From positions 4,352,001 through 4,416,000 of the forward strand of contig OZ245033.1 in the NCBI GenBank assembly GCA_965224025.1: DNA of 64,000 bases, read 5' to 3'. The stretch is from Candidatus Multivorans sp. (GTDB taxonomy: Bacteria; Acidobacteriota; Thermoanaerobaculia; Multivoradales; Multivoraceae). Numbering within the stretch: the first letter of the stretch is position 1; every line of letters starts with the position of its first letter. Under the pieces are notes generated by a model. That model made no database searches and was not told where the DNA came from. It saw only the letters and a program-made list of their open reading frames with translations. A program made the translations under genes and the position numbers. Shown here in pieces: positions 49,142 through 58,819 of this stretch.

Positions 49142-49173
49142 GTCGCGCGCATGAAGAGTCGCGCGCATGAAGA
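49142..49173 (+). repeat. Perfect 16-bp tandem direct repeat
   Basis: GTCGCGCGCATGAAGA occurs twice in the divergent intergenic region. Confidence 0.85.
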
Positions 49174-49298
49174 AGTGTCTGCCCCAGCCGGACCGCGACC
49201 AGCGAGCTACCAGCCCAAGAAGGCCGAGGAGGGAAGCGAGACGGCACATCCGGGACGCCACGCCTCCGCCCGATCCGGTTTGCAGATAGCCGCAATCG

Positions 49299-49772
49299 AT
49301 GGTTGCAGTAGTCAGTCTGCTCCTCGCTGCCGCTTTCGCGGCCCAGCCCGACACGACCCTATATGAGCGGCTCTACACTGGCTGTCGCGGTATAGCTGTC
49401 GAGGTGCTCGTTGACGATCAAGCGCAGTCTCTAGGCATTGCGGACTTGGAACGGCTCGAGACAATGGCCGAGAGTCGATTGCGGGCTGCTCGTCTGTACG
49501 AACCTCACGAGGGCCTCCCGGTCTTCGTGATCGACGTACAGGCCCTGGATGGCGACTCTACGCACGCTTACGCGATTGAGATCGAGTTCGGTCGCCGCTT
49601 GGTGAATCCCGACACCGAACGCATAGTCTCCGTACCCACATGGAGCCGAGGGAACTTCGGGTACTTCGGCGACCGAGCAGATCCATCCAGCAAAGTACAT
49701 GCCTTCATCTCCGACTCCATAGACGAGTTCATCCGCGACTACCTGCGAGTCAACGAGGGTTCGTGCGACTGA
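49299..49772 (+). CDS. Secreted hypothetical protein
   Basis: Signal peptide (LLLAAAFAAQ), an alpha/beta pattern (ESRLRAARLY..DEFIRDYLRVN) and two Cys. GC is lower than the surroundings. Confidence 0.65.
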   Translation: MVAVVSLLLAAAFAAQPDTTLYERLYTGCRGIAVEVLVDDQAQSLGIADLERLETMAESRLRAARLYEPHEGLPVFVIDVQALDGDSTHAYAIEIEFGRRLVNPDTERIVSVPTWSRGNFGYFGDRADPSSKVHAFISDSIDEFIRDYLRVNEGSCD

Positions 49773-49935
49773 ATGTGACTCTAGGGAAGCCGTTCTCGAA
49801 GGCGAGGAGATGGCCCATCGAACGGTCTTCCCTGTGCTCTGGATTCGCCCCGACTTGGTGCGCCTGTTCCCGGGCTGTACCTCCGGCGCGTTGACCTCCA
49901 ATCGGAGTCAATGGACACGCCCGGTCCCTGACCGG

Positions 49936-50616
49936 CTACCCACCAACCCCACCTCCCCGGCCCTCTATCTCCCGCCGAACCCGCGCAACCTGATCCGCAA
50001 GCTCCTCCCGCGACGGCAGGCACAACTGGTACTTCGACGCATAGATGTTGGCGTCTTCGGGCAGCGTCAACTCGACGACCGCTTCGTTCTTCTGGTCGCA
50101 GAGGAGGATCCCGATCGTGGGCAGTTCGCCATCGGTCCTCACGTGCCGGTCGAAGTAGTTCACGTACATCTGCATCTGGCCAAGGTCCTGGTGGGGCAGT
50201 TCCCCGCGTTTCAGGTCGATCAGTACGTAGCAGCGCAGCAGGCGGTTGTAGAAGACGAGGTCGACCGGAAATCCGCGACGGCGTCGCGGAATTGTCTGAC
50301 GCCGGGCCATTCGAGAGGATGCGGTCGTGGCCTAGGTAGAACCGCCGCATCCTCTCAAGCGCATCCACGGAGAACCCCCGCCCGATCCTCTCCTTCAGCG
50401 CCGCCGAGAGCTTCTTGAGGGTCTGCGCGCCGTACTCGGCCCGGTCCGCGCCGTTCTGCTCGTACTCCACGAGGTACCAGTCGAACAACAGTTCCGCACG
50501 ACCAGCGAGCGGTCGACGGCGCGGGCGGCGGAGTGTCGTGTTTCCTCGTGGGTACGCCGGCAAAGCTCGACGAGGCCCTCGAAATCGAATGGCTGGCTCA
50601 CGCCGGCGCTGCTCAC
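49936..50616 (-). pseudogene. YhcG/DUF1016 PD-(D/E)XK nuclease remnant (frameshift and internal deletion)
   Basis: N-terminus ..VVRN[W]LFDWYLVEYEQ.G.DRAEYG..GRGFS...L..MR.FY with a 1-bp loss near 50489. Near 50265 it jumps to VDLVFYNRLLRCYVLIDLK..DLGQMQMYVNY..IGILLC..ASKYQL.LP. Confidence 0.88.
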
Positions 50617-51935
50617 TCTCCGCCCGTCGCGGGCGACTTCGCCGCCTCGCCCGGGCCAACCTCGATCAACTCGAAGATGCCGACCATCATCTCGTCCGTC
50701 GACTGGAAGCCGAAGCCGACATCGCGGTTCGGATCCGGATTGACGGGGTTCGCCGCCGAGTTGTCGTAGTGCGCCACGACCTCGACCACGCTTCCCGCCG
50801 GCAGCAGTCTCGGCGCCTCCGGGTAGTAGAAGAGTTGCCAGTCGAAGTCGTACTCCGGTACCTCGAGAAGGACCTCGCGGCTGCCGTCGGTGTAGACCGC
50901 GGTGAATGACATCGCCTTGCCGCGCAAGTGCATGTGCGGGAAGTAGGACACGATTCGCGAATCGGCGCTGAGCTCGTGACGGGCCTCGATTCGGTGGTTC
51001 GTGGCGCCCGCCGGGATCGTGAAGTCCATTCTGCTCGCGAGGATCGCCTCGACCTCGACCTCCAGCGGACCCTCGCCGAAGTAGAGGCCGATCCGGGCCC
51101 TGTCGGTACGTTCCGAGTCGCCGTTCGGATGGTAGTGCTGGTTGATCACCAGCATGGCGCCGGGGTTCACCCAGCGCCCGGCGGCGTCCGGGAACACGGT
51201 AGGCGCCGCTCCTACCGCCCAGATCCCGAGAATCTCCAGGTCGACGCCGTCTGCTTCCCCGCGCGGCCGGTCGTCACCCTGCCGTTCCTGCCCCTCACCC
51301 GAATCCACGCCGCCGAATCCGCCCATGAAGGCCACCTGGTGGTGATTCACGGTGCGGTCGCCGGGCAGGAACTCCACCGCCCGCAGCCAGCGACGCTCGG
51401 GGATGTCCAGCCGCACGAGCGGATTGGGAACCAGGTCCGGCCCGTTCGCCGGCACGGTCACGGGAGGCAGTTCGATCACGCAATCCGGCTCGCCCAACTG
51501 CCAGCCATCCCTGAACCGCGGCGGCTCGGGCATCAGCGCCGAATCGCCGGCCCTGGCGCCGCCATCGACCCAGGCGACGATCGTCTCCAACTCCTCCTTG
51601 CTCAGCCGGGCGTCGTTTGCCCAGACGCCGTGCTCGGGACTCGCGAACCATGGCGGCATCTCGCCGCTCAAGACGACGCGCCGGATCGAGCGTGCCCAGG
51701 GGCGCGCCTCCCGGTAGGTCAGGAGCGACATCGGAGCGATCTCGCCAGGCCGGTGGCAACCGACGCAGTGGCGCATGAAGATCGGCGCCACGTCACTGCT
51801 GAACAGGACCCCGTCACCGTCCACCGCTCCGACCGGCTGCGGCATTGCGGCCGCGGCGATGATCAATGCTCGGGCGCCCAGCACACACAGAACAGTGAAA
51901 CCGAGCCAACGGACTACCGGCGACGGACGCTGCAT
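50613..51935 (-). CDS. Second heme c + copper type II monooxygenase-domain protein
   Basis: Motifs FSSDVAPIF..HCVGCHRPG, NHH, HYH, PHMHLRG, YDFDWQ..Y and DEMM. GGAGGGAG RBS. Confidence 0.82.
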   Translation of the reverse strand: MQRPSPVVRWLGFTVLCVLGARALIIAAAAMPQPVGAVDGDGVLFSSDVAPIFMRHCVGCHRPGEIAPMSLLTYREARPWARSIRRVVLSGEMPPWFASPEHGVWANDARLSKEELETIVAWVDGGARAGDSALMPEPPRFRDGWQLGEPDCVIELPPVTVPANGPDLVPNPLVRLDIPERRWLRAVEFLPGDRTVNHHQVAFMGGFGGVDSGEGQERQGDDRPRGEADGVDLEILGIWAVGAAPTVFPDAAGRWVNPGAMLVINQHYHPNGDSERTDRARIGLYFGEGPLEVEVEAILASRMDFTIPAGATNHRIEARHELSADSRIVSYFPHMHLRGKAMSFTAVYTDGSREVLLEVPEYDFDWQLFYYPEAPRLLPAGSVVEVVAHYDNSAANPVNPDPNRDVGFGFQSTDEMMVGIFELIEVGPGEAAKSPATGGE

Positions 51936-52007
51936 GGACGACTCCCTCCGAGGACCGACCTCGGACTACCGCAGCTACCAGGCCGCTCCGCCCCGCATGC
52001 ACGTGCA

Positions 52008-52058
52008 GGCGGACGGCGGAAAAGGACAAGGAGGGAAGTCCGGACTCCGCCGTCCGCC
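52008..52058. other. Perfect 13-bp inverted repeat in the predicted 5' leader of the 50613-51935 gene
   Basis: GGCGGACGGCGGA-25 nt-TCCGCCGTCCGCC. Confidence 0.7.
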
Positions 52059-52080
52059 CCACGGCAAGACAACTCGGGAG

Positions 52081-52095
52081 GCAACCCGTATGCCA
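52081..52095 (-). promoter_or_regulatory. Sigma-54 (-24/-12) promoter
   Basis: The minus strand reads TGGCAT-ACGGG-TTGC with exact GG-N10-GC spacing, about 145 nt upstream of the ATG at 51935. Confidence 0.65.
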
Positions 52096-52385
52096 GCACT
52101 GGCTGTCACGGCGCGAGGACCCTAAGATCCTTGTCCCAACTGCTCGATTCGGAGGTTCCGGGCCTCCGGGGAACCACCCACGGGACAACAAAAACGTAGG
52201 GCCAGGGGACCACGCCGACATGAACGTCCGAGCCGCCCTTCGCTCGAGTGCAGCTCCTCCGCCGGAACCGGTGCCACCCGCCCCTGAAAACAGGGGCGCT
52301 TCCGACGGAGCGGAGCACCTTCCCTTAGCTGCTAGAGTCCGCCCCCAACACTCCAGCAGCCCCCTCTTCAGGAGATCCACAACGA

Positions 52386-52991
52386 ATGCACCGACACACC
52401 ACCTGCCACCTCCTCTTGCTCAGCCTGTGCCTCGCGGTCGTCGGGCTCGCTCCCGCCGCCGCGCAGGAGCGTCCCGCCAGCCCCGAGGGCGCCGCGTCGA
52501 CCCAGATCGGCGACGCCTGGATCGACATCACCTATTCCCGGCCGATCCTTCGCGGACGCAACGGCTACTTCGGTTCCGGCGAGGAGTACGGCCAGGCGGC
52601 CAACGCCGGCGGTCCCGTCTGGCGGGTAGGAGCGAACGTAACGACCCGGATCAAGACCGAAGCCGACCTGATGATCGGCGGCACGACGGTGCCATCCGGC
52701 GAGTACAGCTTCTTCATCGAGCTGAAGGAGGGCGCCTGGACCGCGATCGTCTCGAAGCAGGGCTACATGGAGACGTTCGACCGCGAGAAGATGGCGGAAG
52801 GCCTCACCTGGGGCGCCTATGGCTACAACCCCGAGCACGACGTCGTACGGGCCAACATGATCACGTCCACAGAGGACTTCTCCATCGACCAGATGACGAT
52901 CGTGTTCACCGACGTCTCGGACGTCGGCGGCGCAATCGTCGTGATGTGGGACAACCAGATGGGCGTCCTGCCGTTCGGCGTCGCCCAGTAG
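52386..52991 (+). CDS. DUF2911 domain secreted protein
   Basis: Motifs RPASP, I.ITYSRP..RGR, VWRVGAN..T, G.YS.F and WGAY.Y....DV.R. Confidence 0.88.
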   Translation: MHRHTTCHLLLLSLCLAVVGLAPAAAQERPASPEGAASTQIGDAWIDITYSRPILRGRNGYFGSGEEYGQAANAGGPVWRVGANVTTRIKTEADLMIGGTTVPSGEYSFFIELKEGAWTAIVSKQGYMETFDREKMAEGLTWGAYGYNPEHDVVRANMITSTEDFSIDQMTIVFTDVSDVGGAIVVMWDNQMGVLPFGVAQ

Positions 52992-53056
52992 CGGCAAGCG
53001 CGTCCGGCAGTCTCAGTTTCCCGCGGCGGCCCGGGCCTCCTCGGCCCGGGCGCCGC

Positions 53057-54052
53057 TCAGGCGTCGCACGCCCGGTAGGCGTCGATCACCGCCCGCTCGC
53101 CGTCGCGCCCCGGCTTCGAGTTGCCGTGCTCCATACCCACGATGCCGTCGAAGCCCTTCTGCTTGAGATGCCGGAACACGCTGAGGTAGTTGATCTCGCC
53201 GGTGGTCGGCTCCTTCCGCCCCGGGTTGTCGCCGACCTGGATGTAGGCGATCTCGTCCCACGCACGGTCGAGGTTCGGGATCAGGTTCCCCTCGGTGATC
53301 TGCTGGTGGTACAGGTCGTCGAGGATCTTGACCGAGGGTGAGCCGACCGCCTTGCAGAGCTGGTAGGCCTGCGGAATCCCGGTCAGGAACACGCCGGGGT
53401 GGTTCGTCCAGTGATTGAGCGGCTCGAGCACCGCGACGAGTCCGGCCGGCTCCAGGATCGCCGCCGCGCGCTTCAGGTTCTCGACCACGTTCGCCGTCTG
53501 GTACTCCCACTCGAGGCCCGGGTCGAACTGACCGGGGACCACCGTGCACCACGTTGCGTTCACTCTCTTCCCGATCTCGGCCGCCTTCCTCATGTCCGCC
53601 TCGATCGCCTCGCGCACCGAGGAGTCGGAGGAGGCGAAGCTCACGCCGCCCCAGGAGGTGTGGGCGACGAAGACGCCCATCTCCATCCCCAGCCGGTCCA
53701 GCTCGGCGGCGATCTTCTCCTGGAGCGAAACATCCCGCCCGGCCATGCCGTTGTCCTCCAGGGCCCGAAAGCCCTCGTCTTGCATGAACCGGAGTTGGTC
53801 GATGTGGTCGTCGCCGGCATGGTGCCGGAACATCCCGAAGTGGGGCGCGTACTTGAGCTCGAATGCACCCTTGGCGACAGGTTGGACCGCCCGGGCTCTC
53901 GCCGCGCTCGGCACGGCGGCCTCTACCGCAAGCACCGCCCCGGCGGCCGCGCCTCCGACAAGAAGCTCGCGCCGGCCGATCGCTCGCGTACTCGAGCCTT
54001 CCGAGTGTCTTCTCCCGGCTCCGGTTGCGGAGTCTCCATCTGAATGATGCAT
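53057..54052 (-). CDS. Hydroxypyruvate isomerase / AP-endonuclease-2 TIM barrel protein with a Tat signal
   Basis: Motifs GRRELL, LEPLN, KILDDLYHQQITEGN, QVGDNPGRKEP.TGEINY and GMEH. The start codon is uncertain. Confidence 0.85.
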   Translation of the reverse strand: MHHSDGDSATGAGRRHSEGSSTRAIGRRELLVGGAAAGAVLAVEAAVPSAARARAVQPVAKGAFELKYAPHFGMFRHHAGDDHIDQLRFMQDEGFRALEDNGMAGRDVSLQEKIAAELDRLGMEMGVFVAHTSWGGVSFASSDSSVREAIEADMRKAAEIGKRVNATWCTVVPGQFDPGLEWEYQTANVVENLKRAAAILEPAGLVAVLEPLNHWTNHPGVFLTGIPQAYQLCKAVGSPSVKILDDLYHQQITEGNLIPNLDRAWDEIAYIQVGDNPGRKEPTTGEINYLSVFRHLKQKGFDGIVGMEHGNSKPGRDGERAVIDAYRACDA

Positions 54053-54095
54053 CGTGGCAGAGTAGCAGCCCCATGAGGACCTCAAAGGAACCGAC

Positions 54096-57000
54096 ATGAC
54101 CAGAACATCGCTCGCTCTGCGCACCCTCGGCCACGTTCTAATCGCCGCCACGTCGACCGCCGCATCGGCGGTCGACGTGGCGGACACGCGCCTCCTGTCC
54201 CAACCCGCGGTCAGCGCCGAGCACGTGGTCTTCGCCTACGCCGGCGACCTCTGGATCACCGGTCGCGACGGCAGCGGTGCGCGCCGGCTGACCTCCCACC
54301 CGGGCAACGAGACCAACCCCCGGTTCTCCCCCGACGGTTCCCTGGTCGCGTTCAGCGCCGAGTACGACGGCAACGTCGACGTGTTCGTCATGCCGGCCGC
54401 GGGCGGCGAGCCGAAGCGGCTGACCTGGCACCCCGGCGCCGACTTCGTCCAGGGATTCACCGTCGACGGTTCAGCGGTCCTGTTCGCATCCCAGCGCAGC
54501 ATGTTCACGAACCGTCACTTCCAGCTCTTCACCGTGCCCCTGACCGGTGGACTGCCCACGAAGCTGCCCATCCCGCACGGGCTGCGGGCCAGCTATTCGC
54601 CCGACGGACGCCGCATCGCCTACATCCCCACCCCCGAGCGCTTCCAGCAATGGAAGAACTACCGCGGCGGCACGACTTCACGCATCTGGATCTACGACAC
54701 CGGGGACCACTCCGTGCAGACGATCCCCCAGCCCGAGGGCCGCTCGAACGACACGAACCCGACCTGGATCGGCAACCGGGTCTTCTTCCGCTCCGACCGG
54801 GACGGCGAGTTCAACGTCTTCTCGTTCGACACCGGCAGCGGCGAGATCGTCCGGCACTCCGAGTTCGAGGACTTCCACGTTGAGGATCTCTCGGGATCGG
54901 CCGACACCGTGATCTACGAGCAGGCCGGATACCTGCACCTCTACGATCCGGCCTCGGACCGGCACGAGCGCCTTCGTATCGGCGTCGCGGCCGACCTCAC
55001 CGAGACTCGCCCGCGCTGGGTCGAGGGTCCGGAGTACATCCGCAGCGCTTCCATCTCGCCCTCAGGGGCCCGCGCCGTGTTCGAGTACCGAGGCGAGGTG
55101 CTGACCCTGCCCGCAAAGAAGGGTGACGCCCGCAACCTGACGCGGACTCCGGGCATCCACGAGCGCTTCCCGGCCTGGTCGCCCGACGGCGGACGCATCG
55201 CCTACTTCTCGGACGAAGGCGGCGAGTACCGCCTCCACGTCCGCACCCAGGACAGCGGCGAGGTCCGCCGCTACGAACTCGGCGGCGAGCGCGGCGGCGC
55301 CGGCTTCTACCAGAACCCCGAGTGGTCGCCCGACGGCAAGCGGATTAGCTACGCCGACAACTCGATGACCTTGTTCGTGATCGACACGGACAGCGGCGAC
55401 GTGACGAAGATCGCAAGCGAGTACTACTACGGACCCGCCGCTCCGAGGCCTGGCCACGCCTGGTCGCCGGACTCGCGGTACATCGCCTACACCCTGAACA
55501 CCCGCTCCTACATGCAGCAGGTGTTCGTCTACGACGTGGAAGCCGGCAGCTCCCATGCCGTTACCGACGGCCTGAGCGAGGTCGGCGAACCGGTGTTCGA
55601 CCGGAGCGGCGACTACCTCTACTTCGCGGCCTCCACCGACGCCGGTCCGGTGAAGCACTGGTTCGCGATGTCGAACGCCGACATGGAGGTTTCGAACTCC
55701 ATCTACGTCGCCGTCTTGCGCTCGGACGGCGAATCGCCCCTGGCCCCGGAAAGCGATGAAGAGACAGTGGAGGCCGGCGAAGAGGGCGCGGACGGTGAGA
55801 GCGAAGAGGATGTGGAAGCCGGGGACGGCGAAGACGAGGACGCCGATGACGAGGACGCCGATGACGAGCCGCGGGTCGAGATTGACTTCGACGGGCTGAA
55901 CCAGCGCATCCTGGCGCTTCCGGTCGAGACCGGCGGCTACGGCAACCTGGAGGCCGGCGCGCCGGGCAAGCTCTACTACGTGCGCTCCCAAGCGGCATCC
56001 CGGTTCGGCGGCGGCGGCGGCGACCTCATCCGCTTCGACCTGGAAGACCGCGAAGAGACGGTCCTTCTTTCAGGCGTCAGCGGTTTCTCTCTCAGCGCCG
56101 ACGGCAAGAAAGTGCTCTACGCGGGCCAGGACGACTTCGGTATCGCGGACGCGTCGACCAAGATCGATCGCACGAAGAGCGCGATCCCGACAGGCAAGCT
56201 GACTGTCCGTATCGACCCCCGCGCCGAATGGCAGCAGATCTACGACGAGGTCTGGCGGATCAACCGCGACTACTTCTACGACCCCGGCATGCACGGCGCC
56301 GACTGGCCGGCGATGGGAGAGAAGTACGGCGGCTTCCTCGCCGATGTCACCTCCCGCGCCGACTTGAACAAGGTGCTGCGCTGGATGTGCAGCGAGATCG
56401 CGGTCGGCCACCATCGGGTCGGCGGCGGCGACCGGCGGAACGATCCGGAGCGGGTAGGCGGCGGCCTGCTCGGCGCCGACTTCGAACTCGCCGACGGGCG
56501 CTACCGCTTCGCCAACGTGTTGGGCGGTCTGAACTGGAACCCCGAACTGCGGGCGCCGCTCACCGAACCGGGCGTGTCCGTCACCGCCGGCGAGTACCTG
56601 CTCGCGGTCGACGGGATCGATCTCGACGCCGCGGACAACGTGCACGCACGGTTCGAGAACACCGCCGGCAAGATCGTCGAGCTGACCGTCGGCCCGAACG
56701 CCGACGGCGCGGACTCGCGGACAGTCTCCGTCGTGCCGGTCCCCAACGAATCGGCGCTGCGCAACCGCGAGTGGGTCGAGCGGAACCTGGCCAAGGTCGA
56801 TGAAGCGACCGACGGCCGGGTCGCCTACGTCTACGTCCCTAACACGACCACCCTCGGCCACACCTACTTCAAGCGTTACTTCTTCCCCCAGGTCCACAAG
56901 CAGGCCCTGATCGTCGACGAGCGCTTCAACGGCGGCGGCCAGGTCGCCGACTACTACATCGACCACCTGCGGCGCCCGTACATCAGCCACTGGGCAACCC

Positions 57001-57419
57001 GCTACGGCGCCGACTTCCGCACGCCGAGCGCGGCGATCCTGGGACCGAAGGTCATGATCATCGACGAAACGGCCGGCTCCGGCGGCGACCTGTTGCCCTG
57101 GATGTTCAACAAACTGGGTCTCGGCACCCTGGTCGGCAAGCGCACCTGGGGCGGCCTGGTCGGCACGCTCGGCTTCCCGATCCTGATGGACGGCGGATTC
57201 GTCACGGCGCCCAACCTCGCGATCTGGACCGAGGACGGCTTCGTGGTCGAGAACGTCGGCGTGCCGCCCGACGTCGATGTCGAGCAGTGGCCGGCGGACG
57301 TCATCGCCGGCCGCGACCCGCAACTCGAGAAAGCGATCGAGATCGTCCTCGAGCAGTTGGAAGAGAACCCGCCGGCGGAACCGGCCAAACCGCCCTTCCC
57401 GGTGCGCGTGCGGCGTTAG
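54096..57419 (+). CDS. Tricorn protease homolog (PD40 propellers, PDZ, S41 peptidase)
   Basis: Motifs ARRLTSHPG, PRFSPDG, YRGG, FYDPGMHG.DW, DERFNGGG, AGSGGDL and GKRTWGG. Confidence 0.95.
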   Translation: MTRTSLALRTLGHVLIAATSTAASAVDVADTRLLSQPAVSAEHVVFAYAGDLWITGRDGSGARRLTSHPGNETNPRFSPDGSLVAFSAEYDGNVDVFVMPAAGGEPKRLTWHPGADFVQGFTVDGSAVLFASQRSMFTNRHFQLFTVPLTGGLPTKLPIPHGLRASYSPDGRRIAYIPTPERFQQWKNYRGGTTSRIWIYDTGDHSVQTIPQPEGRSNDTNPTWIGNRVFFRSDRDGEFNVFSFDTGSGEIVRHSEFEDFHVEDLSGSADTVIYEQAGYLHLYDPASDRHERLRIGVAADLTETRPRWVEGPEYIRSASISPSGARAVFEYRGEVLTLPAKKGDARNLTRTPGIHERFPAWSPDGGRIAYFSDEGGEYRLHVRTQDSGEVRRYELGGERGGAGFYQNPEWSPDGKRISYADNSMTLFVIDTDSGDVTKIASEYYYGPAAPRPGHAWSPDSRYIAYTLNTRSYMQQVFVYDVEAGSSHAVTDGLSEVGEPVFDRSGDYLYFAASTDAGPVKHWFAMSNADMEVSNSIYVAVLRSDGESPLAPESDEETVEAGEEGADGESEEDVEAGDGEDEDADDEDADDEPRVEIDFDGLNQRILALPVETGGYGNLEAGAPGKLYYVRSQAASRFGGGGGDLIRFDLEDREETVLLSGVSGFSLSADGKKVLYAGQDDFGIADASTKIDRTKSAIPTGKLTVRIDPRAEWQQIYDEVWRINRDYFYDPGMHGADWPAMGEKYGGFLADVTSRADLNKVLRWMCSEIAVGHHRVGGGDRRNDPERVGGGLLGADFELADGRYRFANVLGGLNWNPELRAPLTEPGVSVTAGEYLLAVDGIDLDAADNVHARFENTAGKIVELTVGPNADGADSRTVSVVPVPNESALRNREWVERNLAKVDEATDGRVAYVYVPNTTTLGHTYFKRYFFPQVHKQALIVDERFNGGGQVADYYIDHLRRPYISHWATRYGADFRTPSAAILGPKVMIIDETAGSGGDLLPWMFNKLGLGTLVGKRTWGGLVGTLGFPILMDGGFVTAPNLAIWTEDGFVVENVGVPPDVDVEQWPADVIAGRDPQLEKAIEIVLEQLEENPPAEPAKPPFPVRVRR

Positions 57420-57431
57420 GGCTCCCCGCCC

Positions 57432-58238
57432 ATGAACGTCAGCTACCTGCTCCCGCGCCTGCGCGCCGAGTGGCGCAAGACCATGCGGCGCGAACTCTCC
57501 GAGGCCGACGTACACCCGCGCTTCAGGACGCGGGAACGGCATTTCCACTCGCCGCCGATGACCGCGGAGATGGTGGCGGCGATTGCCCGCCTGTCGCCCC
57601 AGTTCCACCTCGAGCCCGGGGACACCTCGCGGTCGTTCTGGGAATTGACCCAGAACGGGTCCTGCTGGGGCGAGTTCGATGCCGCGGCGCCCGTTCTCCG
57701 AGCCATTCCCCAGCCGAACAAGACCCTGGACATCGGCTGCGGCCTGGGCCGGTCGACCGCCTTCTTCCAGCGCGCCCTCGGCTGGGCGGAGACGGAGTTC
57801 CATCTCTACGACGGCAACGGCCCGCCGATCGACTATCCCCGTAGCGCGGCGCGCATCGACCGATCGTTCTGCGGCGACCTCAACGCCCTGCGGCAGGTGC
57901 TGGAGTACAACGAAGTGCGGCAATTCCGCATCTTCGACGCCCACGACCTGGACCACTGCCTGGACGCCTTGCCAGGACCCTACGACGTCGTCTACTCCTT
58001 CTACGCCGCCGGTTTCCACTGGTCCCTCGCCGACTTCTGGGACGAGTTCGAGGCGCTCTCGCACGACCGAACCGTGGGCATCTTCACGATTCACCGCAAC
58101 TTTGAGGAATTTCCGTGCCTCCGAAACTGGACTTTCCGGATCGTCCCCTTCGAGCGCAGCCTGACCAAGGACAGGCCCCATCGGCTCCTGATTGCAGCGC
58201 GCGACGACGAGTACCTACGCTCCCTGGACACGCGCTGA
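57432..58238 (+). CDS. Class I SAM-dependent methyltransferase
   Basis: Motifs LDIGCGLGR and YDVVYSFYAAGFH. Confidence 0.8.
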   Translation: MNVSYLLPRLRAEWRKTMRRELSEADVHPRFRTRERHFHSPPMTAEMVAAIARLSPQFHLEPGDTSRSFWELTQNGSCWGEFDAAAPVLRAIPQPNKTLDIGCGLGRSTAFFQRALGWAETEFHLYDGNGPPIDYPRSAARIDRSFCGDLNALRQVLEYNEVRQFRIFDAHDLDHCLDALPGPYDVVYSFYAAGFHWSLADFWDEFEALSHDRTVGIFTIHRNFEEFPCLRNWTFRIVPFERSLTKDRPHRLLIAARDDEYLRSLDTR

Positions 58239-58376
58239 CCACACCGAGTGTCGGTGCGCCGGCCTGTGGCCGCGGGTCTCTTGACCCGCGGAGAAGAATG
58301 CCAGATGCCGCGAAGCGGCGCGGCTACCTGCCGCGCTACGCTAGGCCCAACTACAAACAGCCCAGGGAGGGACGCG

Positions 58377-58784
58377 ATGCTCGATTCGTTCAAGAACTGC
58401 CAGCCCCAAACCTACGCCGCGATGCGGATCGTCGCCGGCTTCCTGTTCCTCTGGCACGGAGCGCAGAAGCTGCTGAACTTCCCGCTCGACGCGCCCGAGG
58501 CGCCGGCCTTCATGCTCTACATCGCCGGGCCGATCGAACTGATCGGCGGCGCCCTGATGATGCTCGGCCTGTTCACGCGCCCGGTCGCCTTCCTCGCCAG
58601 CGGGCTCATGGCCTTCGCCTACTTCATCGGCCATGTGTTCCGGCCGGTCGAGGATCCCGGCGTCCTGCACTACGTGTTTCCCTTGGTGAACCAGGGTGAG
58701 CTCGCCGTCCTGTACTGCTTCGTGTTCCTCTACATCGCCGCGAAGGGCAACGGCATGTGCAGCCTCGGCGGCGACGAGGACTGA
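58377..58784 (+). CDS. DoxX family membrane protein
   Basis: Motifs RIVAGFLFLWHGAQKL, GLFTRPVAFLASG.MA.AYF.GH and N.GELAVLYCF. Confidence 0.92.
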   Translation: MLDSFKNCQPQTYAAMRIVAGFLFLWHGAQKLLNFPLDAPEAPAFMLYIAGPIELIGGALMMLGLFTRPVAFLASGLMAFAYFIGHVFRPVEDPGVLHYVFPLVNQGELAVLYCFVFLYIAAKGNGMCSLGGDED

Positions 58785-58819
58785 GAGCACGCGGCGACAC
58801 CCTCGAAGAAGGGCGTCGG

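Noticed and set aside
52300-52335. AAGGGAAGGTG on the minus strand resembling a cobalamin riboswitch start
   Set aside because: The remaining conserved elements are absent.
55755-55870. Acidic repeat (GACGAGGACGCCGAT-like) in the tricorn protease
   Set aside because: This is an ordinary low-complexity linker at a position that is variable in tricorn homologs.
58241-58258. ACCGAGTGTCGGTGC resembling the Cas9 tracrRNA terminal hairpin
   Set aside because: This is a short coincidental match with no anti-repeat or cas9 nearby.
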